Shown here piece by piece: positions 44,185-55,649 of a DNA stretch of 64,000 nt (position 1 is its first letter; each line of letters begins with the position of its first letter). A program made the position numbers and the translations under genes. The DNA is from Escherichia phage vB_EcoM_SCS4. The stretch lies in the sequence record ON506924. One strand, written 5' to 3'. The notes below the pieces were generated by a model that searched no databases, was not told the DNA's origin, and saw nothing but the letters and a program-made list of their open reading frames with translations.

Positions 44185-46061
44185 TTATACCGCCATCTTT
44201 CCTTTAATTGGCGGGTGAGATACATAGTTGTTAAGAACGAAATTATGCGGCTTTGCGAATTGACTCAACCAAAATACCTGCGATTCTGTGTTCCATTCAT
44301 CAAATTCATCTGGAAATTTTAATTGTAATTCGCATAAATCCATAGGTTCACGACGCAAAATTTCTTTACATTGTTCTACGTGATTCATATAGATATGAGT
44401 ATTACCGCCAGAAAATATCAAATCTCCAGGAATAAGATTACACATCTTAGCTACAATATGAACTAACGCAGCATATGATGCAATATTAAACGGTAGCATT
44501 ATGTTCAGATAAGGTCGTTAATCTTACCCCGGAATTATATCCAGCTGCATGTCACCATGCAGAGCAGACTATATCTCCAACTTGTTAAAGCAAGTTGTCT
44601 ATCGTTTCGAGTCACTTGACCCTACTCCCCAAAGGGATAGTCGTTAGGCATTTATGTAGAACCAATTCCATTTATCAGATTTTACACGATAAGTAACTAA
44701 TCCAGACGAAATTTTAAAATGTCTAGCTGCATCTGCTGCACATTCAAAAATAACCCCATCACATGAAATCTTTTTAATATTACTAGGCTTTTTACCTTTC
44801 ATCTTTTCTGATATTTTAGATTTAGTTATGTCTGAATGCTTATGATTAAAGAATGAATTATTTTCACCTGAACGATTTCTGCATTTACTACAAGTATAAG
44901 CAGAAGTTTGTATGCGAACACCACACTTACAAAACTTATGGGTTTCTGGATTCCAACGCCCATTTTCACTTCCATATTTACCATAAAGAGCTTTTCGGCC
45001 TTTTACGCCGAGTTTAAGCATATTTACTTTAACAGTTTCAGAGCGTTTCTTGATAATTTCTTCTTTTAATGGATGTGTAGAACATGTATCACCAAACGTT
45101 GCATCAGCAATATTGTATCCATTAATTTTAGAATTAAGCTCTTTAATCCAAAAATTTTCTCGTTCAATAATCAAATCTTTCTCATATGGAATTTCTTCCA
45201 AAATAGAACATTCAAACACATTACCATGTTTGTTAAAAGACCTCTGAAGTTTTATAGAAGAATGGCATCCTTTTTCTAAATCTTTAAAATGCCTCTTCCA
45301 TCTCTTTTCAAAATCTTTAGCACTTCCTACATATACTTTATTGTTTAAAGTATTTTTAATCTGATAAATTCCACTTTTCATAAATACCTCTTTAAATATA
45401 GAAGTATTTATTAAAGGGCAGTCCTACAATTTAGCACGGGATTGTCTACTAGAGAGGTTCCCCGTTTAGATAGATTACAAGTATAAGTCACCTTATACTC
45501 AGGCCTCAATTAACCCAAGAAAACATCTACTGAGCGTTGATACCATTGAAGGTCAAGGTATCCATTACGCACATTAAACTGATAGAACATATGACAAGGC
45601 GGTAATGCCATATATTTAAGTTCAGCTGGATTCCATGCAGAAACAATTTGACGCCTATCATTTGGCAATTTTTTAATACGATCAACAACTTCTATAATTT
45701 GGTCTACACCGCCAAAATCGCGCCATTGTTTTCCATAAATTGGACCAAGTTCACCGCTATGGTATCCTAAATCTTTTGCTTGATTTTCGTAATTTTCATC
45801 CCAGACTGTTTTGCCTTGAATTAATGAATCATGTTGAATTAATCGTAAATCATTGACATTTGTGCTTCCCGATAAAAACCATATTAGCTCAGCAATGCAA
45901 GCTTTCCAGGCGAGCTTCTTAGTTGTTACTGCAGGAAAACCTTTAGTTAAATCCCAGCGTAATTTAGTACCGAACAAAGCAATTGTTCCTGTGCCCGTTC
46001 TGTCATCGGTTTCATAGCCATTTTCAAAAATGTCTTTAATTAAATCTTGGTATTGTTTCAT
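44185..46061 (-). CDS. td: thymidylate synthase, split gene: exon 1 45513-46061, exon 2 44185-44496 (286 aa spliced)
   Basis: exon 1 ends ... QRSVDVFLG, exon 2 begins LPFNIASYAALVHIVAK; the intervening sequence begins TAATTGAGGCCTGAGTATAAGGTGAC on the minus strand, as in the T4 td intron. Confidence 0.9.
44497..45512 (-). mobile_element. group I self-splicing intron of td (1016 nt) carrying I-TevI
   Basis: boundaries placed by the exon junctions and the recalled T4 intron 5' sequence; 1016 nt equals the T4 td intron length. Confidence 0.88.
44644..45381 (-). CDS. I-TevI: intron-encoded GIY-YIG homing endonuclease I-TevI (245 aa)
   Basis: N-terminal GIY-YIG (SGIYQIKNTLNNKVYVGSA), zinc-finger and C-terminal DNA-binding regions; lies within the td intron. 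Confidence 0.95.
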   Translation of the reverse strand: MKSGIYQIKNTLNNKVYVGSAKDFEKRWKRHFKDLEKGCHSSIKLQRSFNKHGNVFECSILEEIPYEKDLIIERENFWIKELNSKINGYNIADATFGDTCSTHPLKEEIIKKRSETVKVNMLKLGVKGRKALYGKYGSENGRWNPETHKFCKCGVRIQTSAYTCSKCRNRSGENNSFFNHKHSDITKSKISEKMKGKKPSNIKKISCDGVIFECAADAARHFKISSGLVTYRVKSDKWNWFYINA

Positions 46062-46106
46062 TTAGTACCTTATATAAATTATAATACATTTTATGAAGCT
46101 AAATAA

Positions 46107-46454
46107 TCAATACGGTTTAGCATCAAATTTTCTCTCAATTTCAGGCGTGAAATATAATTCTTTACCGCGTTTGGAAAAGCGACCAATAATATGATAATTA
46201 TTCTCATCAAACGTAATATTACCAATATCCATAGCTTTCAACCAAATATCGATATTTCTATCCAGCTTTATGTCAAAATTCCAATACGGAGAACTATTAC
46301 CGAAAATACTGCAAGCGGATTCAGTGAAACAACTACTATAAATCTTGTCTTTAGGAACTACTAATTGATAGACGCCTTTAATAAACTGAGGACCCTGCCA
46401 TTTTGGTTGTTTCACGTCTTTTTCTAATAGAATAGGGTAATAATTAAAATTCAT
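46107..46454 (-). CDS. hypothetical protein (115 aa) between frd and td
   Basis: ORF with its own ATG fills the frd-td interval; in T4 these two genes overlap directly, so this is an insertion relative to T4. Confidence 0.65.
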   Translation of the reverse strand: MNFNYYPILLEKDVKQPKWQGPQFIKGVYQLVVPKDKIYSSCFTESACSIFGNSSPYWNFDIKLDRNIDIWLKAMDIGNITFDENNYHIIGRFSKRGKELYFTPEIERKFDAKPY

Positions 46455-46474
46455 ATTTTCCGCNACGTGTTATT

Positions 46475-47301
<827 letters not shown>

Positions 47302-47311
47302 ATTATTTTCC

Positions 47312-47554
47312 TTAAACAGACTTTTTCACAATTTTCCAATCAGCTTTAAACTGTTCAACGTCAGAATGGTAAATCCAGAATCCTGCGCTTTCTCCGTCTT
47401 CATAAAGAGGACATCCATCGCATTCATCTTCCCATCCCATATCACGTAAAAGATGTTCAGCTTTTTCAACAAGTTCAGAATCTTTACCGATGATATTAAA
47501 ATACCATTTACCTCTAACTTCCGAATCTTTGATGCTCTGACGTTGTAATCTCAT
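47312..47554 (-). CDS. hypothetical protein (80 aa; frd.2-like)
   Basis: ORF in T4 frd.2 position. Confidence 0.7.
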   Translation of the reverse strand: MRLQRQSIKDSEVRGKWYFNIIGKDSELVEKAEHLLRDMGWEDECDGCPLYEDGESAGFWIYHSDVEQFKADWKIVKKSV

Positions 47555-47692
47555 TTTATTCTCCTTAGCAAGCTTTAATCAAAAGATATAAACAAACCAA
47601 CATAACTGCTGCCATAATATAAGGTGCGAACATTTTCTTTTCTCCATTAGTTTTGATAGGGTAATAGTATCACACTACTACCCTGTTGTAAA

Positions 47693-48079
47693 CTACTTTT
47701 TGAAAGTTTTTCGCAAAAGTTCAATGATTTCATCTACATTGTTTTCATCTACAATGCAGTGAATTTTTGTTACACCAGAAACCTTGTCTTTAACTTCATC
47801 CTCTTCAGAAGTCGGTTCTTTATATTCGCGGAAACAATAAAACTCTTCTTCACTAAGTTCAAAATAATCATCACCCATACCATCATCATTATAGATTTCA
47901 CCATTAGCACAAATGATTTCGGTTACATAATCAAATCCATCTAAACTTGATATTGATTTAACTTCAAACCAACCACCATTTTCTTGAATGATGCCGACCA
48001 TATTAGCATTTGATGAACTAATATCAATGAAAGATTTAATACGGTGTGGATTTAACTCGTATTTTTTGCCGATTTCCAT
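47693..48079 (-). CDS. hypothetical acidic protein (128 aa from the RBS-supported Met)
   Basis: start placed at MEIGKKYEL, which has a GAGGAAA RBS; the longer track ORF would run through the hairpin at 48102-48119. Confidence 0.6.
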   Translation of the reverse strand: MEIGKKYELNPHRIKSFIDISSSNANMVGIIQENGGWFEVKSISSLDGFDYVTEIICANGEIYNDDGMGDDYFELSEEEFYCFREYKEPTSEEDEVKDKVSGVTKIHCIVDENNVDEIIELLRKTFKK

Positions 48080-48125
48080 TTTGATTTTCCTCATTTTTAA
48101 TAGGGGCTTAATAGCCCCTTGATAA

Positions 48126-48353
48126 TTATTGTTCAATCAGTCCCATGTAAAATTCTGCGTCTTCAGAATCCATACCATCACAATATTCATTAGCCATAAA
48201 GCGGGTAAGGTCTTCAAGAGGACCTTCAATAACGATTTGAATACTCCAAAACTTAGAATCTTGTACGCTTGTGATACTAAGTTCAGGATAACGATTACGA
48301 ATAATCTCTTCAATATATTCAAAATCAACGATGTCAATATCAACTTTAGCCAT
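48126..48353 (-). CDS. hypothetical protein (75 aa from the RBS-supported Met)
   Basis: start placed at MAKVDIDIV with an AAAGAGGAAAA RBS; N calls at 48405-48408 lie upstream. Confidence 0.6.
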   Translation of the reverse strand: MAKVDIDIVDFEYIEEIIRNRYPELSITSVQDSKFWSIQIVIEGPLEDLTRFMANEYCDGMDSEDAEFYMGLIEQ

Positions 48354-48456
48354 ATTATTTTCCTCTTTAATCATCAGCAGTATTGCCGATAGTTGTATAG
48401 TACCNTNGAAGGACAAGGATGTAAACTGTTTTGTGAAAAATTTTTGAAATAAAAAA

Positions 48457-48475
48457 GGGGACCTCTAGGGTCCCC
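48457..48475 (-). terminator. hairpin downstream of gene 32 (GGGGACC-TAGA-GGTCCCC on the minus strand)
   Basis: 7-bp GC stem followed by T-run on the minus strand, 20 nt after gene 32 stop. Confidence 0.6.
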
Positions 48476-48497
48476 AATTAATTAGTAATATAATCTA

Positions 48498-49406
48498 TTA
48501 AAGGTCATTCAAAAGGTCATCCAGGTCCGTGTCATCAGCACTAGATGAACTGCCAGAGCTTGAGCTCATAAAATCATCTTCAGTTTTTGTATTGAAGTCA
48601 TCAACATTGAATGCATCCAAATCATCAGCAACTTTATCAGCTTTCTTAGCAGCAGTTGCAGCGGCACCGCCCATCACAGCAGTTCCCATAACTTGACCAA
48701 ATTTAGTGCTCAGTTCTTCAAACGATTTGAATTTATCTTTAGAAGTCATTTCAGAAAGGTCAACCATTTGTTCGAACAGTTCTTTCTGGAAAGATTCATC
48801 ATCAATGTTTGGAATCGCAGATTGATTCAGGAATTTAGATTCGTCGTAGTTACTAAATCCAGAAACCTGTTTAACTTTCAGTACAAAGTTAGCACCTTCC
48901 CACGGACAAGTTACATCAACTGGAGTTTCACCCATTTCAACATCAACCGCAATCATTGCATTGATTTTATCCCAGATTTTCTTACCGAAACGGTATTTAA
49001 ATACTTTACCTTCATTTTCTGGAGCAGCTGGGTCTTTTACAACAAGAATGTTAGCCCAGTAAGAAGTTTTACGTTTAACAAGGCTGTACTCTTTATTATC
49101 AGTGTTGTACAGATCATTTTTACTGATGTATTGACATACTGGACAAGAATCGTAATCACCGTGGGTAGATGAACAGTTTTCAATATACCATTTACCATTT
49201 TTCTTGAAACCGTGATTTACAAGAATTGCGAACGGTGCTTGTTCATCATTTTTAGACGGAAGAAAACGAATTACTGCTTGACCGTTACCCGCATTGTCGA
49301 GTTTCAGTTTCCACTCGCCTTTATCTTCAGAAGAAAAACCACCTTTATTTCCAGCCAGTTTAGCCATTTGTGCAGCGAGTTCAGCAGTAGATTTACGTTT
49401 AAACAT
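48498..49406 (-). CDS. 32: single-stranded DNA-binding protein gp32 (302 aa)
   Basis: sequence [52 protein letters not shown] ... matches T4 gp32, including the acidic C-terminus. Confidence 0.97.
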   Translation of the reverse strand: MFKRKSTAELAAQMAKLAGNKGGFSSEDKGEWKLKLDNAGNGQAVIRFLPSKNDEQAPFAILVNHGFKKNGKWYIENCSSTHGDYDSCPVCQYISKNDLYNTDNKEYSLVKRKTSYWANILVVKDPAAPENEGKVFKYRFGKKIWDKINAMIAVDVEMGETPVDVTCPWEGANFVLKVKQVSGFSNYDESKFLNQSAIPNIDDESFQKELFEQMVDLSEMTSKDKFKSFEELSTKFGQVMGTAVMGGAAATAAKKADKVADDLDAFNVDDFNTKTEDDFMSSSSGSSSSADDTDLDDLLNDL

Positions 49407-49505
49407 TTTTATTTCCTTTTTAATTTAATTAACAGTTGGTGCTATGACNATGTATGACCTCATAGCTGGTCAGTGAGATAATTATAATCTNTTTATAATA
49501 NNCAA

Positions 49506-50159
49506 TTAATACTTGCAAGATTTCACAGTTTCAATGAAAACATTTTTAGCTTTCTGTGAATCAATATTTAAAATTTTTCTATAAGCCTTTAACTTTATAG
49601 AATAATTATTCCAGACTAAATTATCAGTCTGTTCATCGTGTTTATCAATTATATTTAAAAACGAATCAAGCAAGATAAACGTCTCAAACGAAATTATGTT
49701 CGATTGAAGTAGTTTAAAAATATAACTTGATTGAACCTTTGGATTATACTCAAAGATTTCTTTAAAAGCAGAAACTTCAACTTTTTTACTAAAATAATAA
49801 ATGTTGCGAATATCTTCTTCAAACTTAAATTTAATTTGCTTTAAGCGTCCGATATATTCACGATAAAACACAAGTGCATCAGCGTCAGAGATGTCACCAA
49901 TCCAAGCATCTTGGTTAGCAACCAAATTACTTATAAAGATTAAAGCAAGTTCCTTTAATTTATATTTTTCTGATAACTTCTGGAAAAAATACTTATCCCT
50001 TCGCTTTTGATAAGCGGCATCAGACACCCGCATGCACCAATTATACTTAATAACATCATACTTTCCATTCATATGTTGTTTTATCATTAAGTATAATTTA
50101 TAAACTGATTTACCATCAATATATCTTTCACCACCAGCAGGCATGCGGAGTTTAATCAT
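49506..50159 (-). CDS. 59: helicase loader gp59 (217 aa)
   Basis: length and sequence match T4 gp59. Confidence 0.93.
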   Translation of the reverse strand: MIKLRMPAGGERYIDGKSVYKLYLMIKQHMNGKYDVIKYNWCMRVSDAAYQKRRDKYFFQKLSEKYKLKELALIFISNLVANQDAWIGDISDADALVFYREYIGRLKQIKFKFEEDIRNIYYFSKKVEVSAFKEIFEYNPKVQSSYIFKLLQSNIISFETFILLDSFLNIIDKHDEQTDNLVWNNYSIKLKAYRKILNIDSQKAKNVFIETVKSCKY

Positions 50160-50494
50160 AGCAGAAAGTCTAACGTATTCGTTTTTTCACATCTAACAAC
50201 AGAAGGACGTAAAAGATTTTCGTCAATGGCTTCTGACTGAATTTTTTCAATTATACCTGAAGGAATAAATTTAGCAAATTGAGTTTCAGGAATAGAATTT
50301 TCTTCCAAGAATGCTGTTGTAGCTTCAAGATAACTCATTCCAAACTCTTCTACCATTTTTTCAATAATAAATCCATTTTCTTGACGATCAAGAAGCTTTG
50401 CTATTTCATCCTTTTCTTTCTTGATTGAAAGTTCTTTTTCTGAAAGACCGGTCTCATCGACCGGACGAATATCATTTAGAGAAAACTGTGTCAT
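50156..50494 (-). CDS. 33: late transcription co-activator gp33 (112 aa)
   Basis: sequence from MTQFSLNDIRPVDETGL matches T4 gp33; start at the internal Met. Confidence 0.9.
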   Translation of the reverse strand: MTQFSLNDIRPVDETGLSEKELSIKKEKDEIAKLLDRQENGFIIEKMVEEFGMSYLEATTAFLEENSIPETQFAKFIPSGIIEKIQSEAIDENLLRPSVVRCEKTNTLDFLL

Positions 50495-50741
50495 AAAGTT
50501 CAACTACCTCTTCAGTTTCAGCTTCAAACACATCACGATTATCTTTATGATACAAAGCTAACAGACGATTAAACATCTTACCATCAACGCCAAGTTCATC
50601 TTTAGCACGAATTCGAATATCTTTAATCAGTTCATTATAACCGGAAATTTTCAGTTTATGATCAGATGCTTCTTTAATAAATTTAGCCAAGTCTTCGCCA
50701 TGGATAGCTTCATCAAATTCAACCATTTCTTTTTTAGCCAT
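50472..50741 (-). CDS. dsbA: double-stranded DNA-binding protein DsbA (89 aa)
   Basis: collinear with T4 dsbA; overlaps gene 33 start. Confidence 0.85.
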   Translation of the reverse strand: MAKKEMVEFDEAIHGEDLAKFIKEASDHKLKISGYNELIKDIRIRAKDELGVDGKMFNRLLALYHKDNRDVFEAETEEVVELYDTVFSK

Positions 50742-50749
50742 TATTCACC

Positions 50750-51667
50750 TCAAAATTCATTAATGCTGTTAGTTAATTTAGAAAGACCAGATTTTACAAA
50801 ATAAGAATAAATTTTGCCACGCGGTGGTAATTTATATGAATTATAGTAATTCACAATGTTTGAAGCAATATTATCAGGAATATAATCAAAATCAATTAGA
50901 ACTAAATTTTCTTTATAACGATTATATTCAGATTCTGTGAGAAGCACCTTAGCTTGTTCACGGTCATTAGCAATAGCTTCAACGATTGAAGTTTTCATTG
51001 AAGGAGTTCGTTCACCTTCAACTTTGGTAAACCAAAAGTCAGATCGTACTTTAACTGAAGCAACGTTATCCTTTTTGTCACCTTTAAGGATTTTAGTCAT
51101 ACAGTCAATTTCAGCAGAACCGCTTTTAATTTTAACCCATTTCTTATGCATCGGTGACCATTGCTTAACATTTGGGTATTTGTGAAGCTGTGTAAAGTCA
51201 CCATCCGACGAAATGATTAAAATCTTATGTCCTTCTAAAGAGAACTTTTTAACAAGAACAGCAATATGGTCATCTGCTTCATACTTATCAATATCCATAA
51301 CAATGTATGGCATATAAGCTTTCAATTCATCTATAACTTTATGGCTGGATTCAAAATAACCTTCCCAGTCCCAAGTTGATTCTTCTCGTGCTTTTCCACG
51401 GTTTTTCTTATAATAATACGCGAAATCACGACGCCAGTATCCAGATTTCGCATTATCAATACACAGTACAATTTTAGTGTATCCAAGAGTTTTTGCTTTT
51501 TTGACATTAAACTTAATTGAGTTCAATATCAAATGACGAACCATTGATAAATTAATTTTTTCTTTATCTGGAAAGTTTACCAAAGCAGTTGAAAGCGCAA
51601 TTTGACTAAAGTCAATAAAGCAAATTCCTTCTTTGTAATCTTCATCCAGCATCATTTCTAAATCCAT
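50750..51667 (-). CDS. rnh: RNase H / 5'-3' flap exonuclease (305 aa)
   Basis: sequence from MDLEMMLDEDYKEG matches T4 RNase H; start at the internal Met. Confidence 0.93.
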   Translation of the reverse strand: MDLEMMLDEDYKEGICFIDFSQIALSTALVNFPDKEKINLSMVRHLILNSIKFNVKKAKTLGYTKIVLCIDNAKSGYWRRDFAYYYKKNRGKAREESTWDWEGYFESSHKVIDELKAYMPYIVMDIDKYEADDHIAVLVKKFSLEGHKILIISSDGDFTQLHKYPNVKQWSPMHKKWVKIKSGSAEIDCMTKILKGDKKDNVASVKVRSDFWFTKVEGERTPSMKTSIVEAIANDREQAKVLLTESEYNRYKENLVLIDFDYIPDNIASNIVNYYNSYKLPPRGKIYSYFVKSGLSKLTNSINEF

Positions 51668-51729
51668 ATGAACCTCGTTCAATTAGTGAGATTTCTATTA
51701 TATACTATCNAAATCTTAAAGTAAACANG

Positions 51730-51737
51730 TATAAATA
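51730..51737 (+). promoter_or_regulatory. late promoter TATAAATA upstream of gene 34
   Basis: exact TATAAATA about 35 nt upstream of gene 34 ATG; flanked by N calls. Confidence 0.5.
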
Positions 51738-51771
51738 CTTATTATTGAAAACANAATAGGAGCCNGNGAGA

Positions 51772-54700
51772 ATGGCCGAGATTAAAAGAAAGTTCAGAGC
51801 AGAAGATGGTCTGGACGCAGGTGGCGATAAAATAATCAACGTAGCTTTAGCTGATCGTGCCGTAGGAACTGACGGTGTTAACGTTGATTACTTAATTCAA
51901 GAAAACACAGTTCAACAATATGATCCAACTCGTGGATATTTAAAAGATTTTGTAATCATTTATGATAACCGCTTTTGGGCTGCTATAAATGATATTCCAA
52001 AACCAGCAGGAGCTTTTAATAGCGTACGCTGGAGAGCATTACGTACTGATGCCGTAATTACAACTGTTTCATCAGGACCTTATCAATTAAAATCAGGCGA
52101 ATCAATTTCAGTTGATACATCAGCTGGTAATGACATTAAATTTACTTTACCACCTTCTCCAATTGATGGAGATACTATCGTTCTCCAAGACATTGGAGGA
52201 AAACCTGGTGTTAACCAAGTTTTAATTACAGCTCCGGTGCAGAGCATTGTAAATTTTAGAGGTCAGCAAGTACGATCAGTACTAATGACTCATCCAAAAT
52301 CGCAAATAGTTTTAATTTTTAGTAATCGTCTGTGGCAAATGTATGTTGCTGATTATAGCAGAGAAGCTGTAGTTGTAACACCGGCAAGTCTTTATCAGGC
52401 GCAATCTAACGATTTTATCGTGCGCAGATTTACTTCAGCCGAGACGATTAATATTAAACTTCCGAGATTTGCTAATCATGGCGATATTATTAATTTCGTC
52501 GATTTGGACAAATTAAATCCACTTTATCATACAATTGTTACTACATACGACGAAACTACTTCAATACAAGAAGATGGAACTCATTCCATTGAAGGTCGTA
52601 CATCGATTGATGGTTTCTTGATGTATGATGATAATGAAAAATTGTGGAGATTGTTTGACGGGGATAGTAAAGCACGTTTACGTATTATAACAACTAATTC
52701 TAGTATTCGTCCAAATGAAGAAGTTATGGTATTTGGCGCGAATAACGGAACAACCCAAACAATTGAACTTCAGCTTCCAACCGATATTTCTATTGGTGAT
52801 ACTGTTAAAATTTCCATGAATTACATGAGAAAAGGCCAAACAGTTAAAATCAAAGCTGCCGGTGAAGATAAAATTGCTTCTTCAGTTCAATTGCTGCAAT
52901 TCCCAAAACGCTCAGAGTATCCGCCTGAAACTAAATGGGTGACTGTTCAAGAATTAGTTTTTAACGGCGAAACTAATTATGTTCCAGTTTTACAGCTTGC
53001 TTACATAGAAGATTCTGACGGAAAATACTGGGTTGTACAACAAAACGTTCCAACAGTTGAAAGAGTTGATTCTTTAAATGATTCTACTAGAGCAAGATTA
53101 GGCGTAATAGCTTTAGCTACACAAGCTCAAGCAAATGCTGATTTAGAAAATTCTCCGCAAAAAGAATTAGCAATTACACCAGAAACATTAGCTAATCGTA
53201 CTGCTACAGAAACTCGTAGAGGTATCGCAAGAATAGCAACTACTGCTCAAGTGAACCAGGACACTACATTCTCTTTTGCTGATGATATTATCATCACTCC
53301 TAAAAAGCTGAATGAAAGAACTGCTACAGAAACTCGTAGAGGTGTTGCTGAAATTGCTACACAGCAAGAAACTAATGCAGGTACTGATGATGCTACAATC
53401 ATCACTCCTAAAAAGCTTCAAGCTCGACAAGGTTCTGAATCATTATCTGGTATTGTAACTTTTGTATCTACTGCAGGTGCTACTCCAGCTTCTAGCCGTG
53501 AATTAAATGGTACGAATGTTTATAATAAAAACACTAATAATTTAGTTGTTTCACCTAAAGCTTTGGATCAGTATAAAGCTACTCCAACGCAGCAAGGTGC
53601 AGTAATTTTAGCAGTTGAAAGTGAAGTAATTGCTGGACAGAGTCAAGAAGGATGGGCAAATGCGGTTGTAACGCCAGAAACGTTACATAAAAAGACATCA
53701 ACTGATGGAAGAATTGGTTTAATTGAAATTGCTACACAAAGTGAAGTTAATACAGGAACTGATTATACTCGTGCAGTCACTCCTAAAACTTTAAATGACC
53801 GTAGAGCAACTGAAAGTTTAAGTGGTATAGCTGAAATTGCTACGCAAGTTGAATTCGACGCAGGCGTCGACGATACTCGTATCTCTACACCATTAAAAAT
53901 TAAAACCAGATTTAATAGTACTGATCGTACTTCTGTTGCTGCTCTATCTGGATTAGTTGAATCAGGAACTCTCTGGGACCATTATACCCTTAATATTCTT
54001 GAAGCAAATGAGACACAGCGTGGTACACTTCGTGTAGCTACACAAGTTGAAGCTGCTGCAGGAACATTAGATAATGTTTTAATAACTCCTAAAAAGCTTT
54101 TAGGTACTAAATCTACCGAATCGCAAGAAGGTGTTATTAAAGTTGCAACTCAGTCTGAAACTGTGACTGGAACGTCAGCAAATACTGCTGTATCTCCAAA
54201 AAATTTAAAATGGATTGTGCAGAGTGAACCTACTTGGGCAGCAACTACTCTGATAAGAGGTTTTGTTAAAACTTCGTCTGGTTCAATTACATTCGTTGGT
54301 AATGATACAGCCGGTTCTACCCAAGATTTAGAACTGTATGAGAAAAATAACTATGCAGTATCACCATATGAATTAAACCGCGTATTAGCAAATTATTTGC
54401 CGTTAAAAGCAAAAGCGGTAGATAGTAATTTATTGGATGGTCTAGATTCACTCCAGTTCATTCGTAGGGATATTGCACAGACTGTTAATGGTTCACTAAC
54501 CTTAACCCAACAAACGAATCTGAGTGCCCCTCTTGTATCATCTAGTACTGCTACGTTTGGTGGTTCAGTTTCGGCAAATAGTACATTAATTATTTCTAAT
54601 ACTGGTACGGCAACTCGTCTGATTTTTGAGAAAGGACCTCAAACTGGAACAAACCCGGCTCAAACGATGACAGTCAGAGTGTGGGGAAATCAATTTAGTG

Positions 54701-55641
54701 GGGAATCAGACACAACACGTTCTACCGTATTTGAAGTTAGTGATGAAACGTCTAGTCATTTTTATTCTCAGCGTAATAAAGCTGGAAATATAACATTTAA
54801 TATCAACGGTACAGTAACACCGATAAATGTTAATGCTTCAGGAACATTGAATGCAAATGGCGTAGCAACATTTGGTAATTCAGTCACTGCAACTGGTGAA
54901 ATTATTTCTCGAAGCGCAAATGCCTTTAGAGCGATAAACGGTGATTATGGATTCTTTATCAGGAATGGTGGGTCAGCATCAAATTTTATGCTCACTGAAT
55001 CTGGCGACCAGACCGGTGGATTTAATGGATTACGTCCTTTATCTATTAATAATGCATCTGGTCAAGTAACGATTGGTGAAAGCTTAATCATTGCCAAAGG
55101 TGCTACTATAAGTTCAGGCGGTTTAACTGTCAACTCGAGAATTTGTTCTCAAGGTACTAAAACCTCTGATTTATATACCCGTGCGCCAACATCTGATACC
55201 GTAGGATTCTGGTCAATCGATATTAATGATTCAGCCACTTATAACCAGTTCCCGGGTTATTTTAAAATGGTTGAAAAAACTAATGAAGTGACTGGACTTC
55301 CATATTTAGAACGCGGCGAAGAGGTTAAATCTCCTGGTACGCTGACTCAGTTTGGTAACACACTCGATTCGCTTTATCAAGATTGGATTACTTATCCAAC
55401 GACTCCAGAAGCACGCACCACTCGCTGGACACGCACATGGCAGAAAACCAAAAACTCTTGGTCAAGTTTTGTTCAGGTATTTGATGGGGGTAACCCTCCT
55501 CAGCCGTCTGATATCGGTGCTTTACCATCTGATAATGCTATAATGGGGAATCTTACTATTCGTGATTTCTTACGAATTGGTAATGTTCGCATTATTCCTG
55601 ACCCAGTGAATAAAACGGTTAAATTTGAATGGGTTGAATAA
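51772..55641 (+). CDS. 34: long tail fibre proximal subunit gp34 (1289 aa)
   Basis: length identical to T4 gp34; internal repeat motifs (TATETRRGIA / TATETRRGVA). Confidence 0.95.
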   Translation: MAEIKRKFRAEDGLDAGGDKIINVALADRAVGTDGVNVDYLIQENTVQQYDPTRGYLKDFVIIYDNRFWAAINDIPKPAGAFNSVRWRALRTDAVITTVSSGPYQLKSGESISVDTSAGNDIKFTLPPSPIDGDTIVLQDIGGKPGVNQVLITAPVQSIVNFRGQQVRSVLMTHPKSQIVLIFSNRLWQMYVADYSREAVVVTPASLYQAQSNDFIVRRFTSAETINIKLPRFANHGDIINFVDLDKLNPLYHTIVTTYDETTSIQEDGTHSIEGRTSIDGFLMYDDNEKLWRLFDGDSKARLRIITTNSSIRPNEEVMVFGANNGTTQTIELQLPTDISIGDTVKISMNYMRKGQTVKIKAAGEDKIASSVQLLQFPKRSEYPPETKWVTVQELVFNGETNYVPVLQLAYIEDSDGKYWVVQQNVPTVERVDSLNDSTRARLGVIALATQAQANADLENSPQKELAITPETLANRTATETRRGIARIATTAQVNQDTTFSFADDIIITPKKLNERTATETRRGVAEIATQQETNAGTDDATIITPKKLQARQGSESLSGIVTFVSTAGATPASSRELNGTNVYNKNTNNLVVSPKALDQYKATPTQQGAVILAVESEVIAGQSQEGWANAVVTPETLHKKTSTDGRIGLIEIATQSEVNTGTDYTRAVTPKTLNDRRATESLSGIAEIATQVEFDAGVDDTRISTPLKIKTRFNSTDRTSVAALSGLVESGTLWDHYTLNILEANETQRGTLRVATQVEAAAGTLDNVLITPKKLLGTKSTESQEGVIKVATQSETVTGTSANTAVSPKNLKWIVQSEPTWAATTLIRGFVKTSSGSITFVGNDTAGSTQDLELYEKNNYAVSPYELNRVLANYLPLKAKAVDSNLLDGLDSLQFIRRDIAQTVNGSLTLTQQTNLSAPLVSSSTATFGGSVSANSTLIISNTGTATRLIFEKGPQTGTNPAQTMTVRVWGNQFSGESDTTRSTVFEVSDETSSHFYSQRNKAGNITFNINGTVTPINVNASGTLNANGVATFGNSVTATGEIISRSANAFRAINGDYGFFIRNGGSASNFMLTESGDQTGGFNGLRPLSINNASGQVTIGESLIIAKGATISSGGLTVNSRICSQGTKTSDLYTRAPTSDTVGFWSIDINDSATYNQFPGYFKMVEKTNEVTGLPYLERGEEVKSPGTLTQFGNTLDSLYQDWITYPTTPEARTTRWTRTWQKTKNSWSSFVQVFDGGNPPQPSDIGALPSDNAIMGNLTIRDFLRIGNVRIIPDPVNKTVKFEWVE

Positions 55642-55649
55642 GAGGTATT

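Noticed and set aside
47557-47632. Hydrophobic micro-ORF on the minus strand between the frd.2-like ORF and the next gene
   Set aside because: Too short to call without expression data; could be a real membrane peptide but has no distinguishing evidence.
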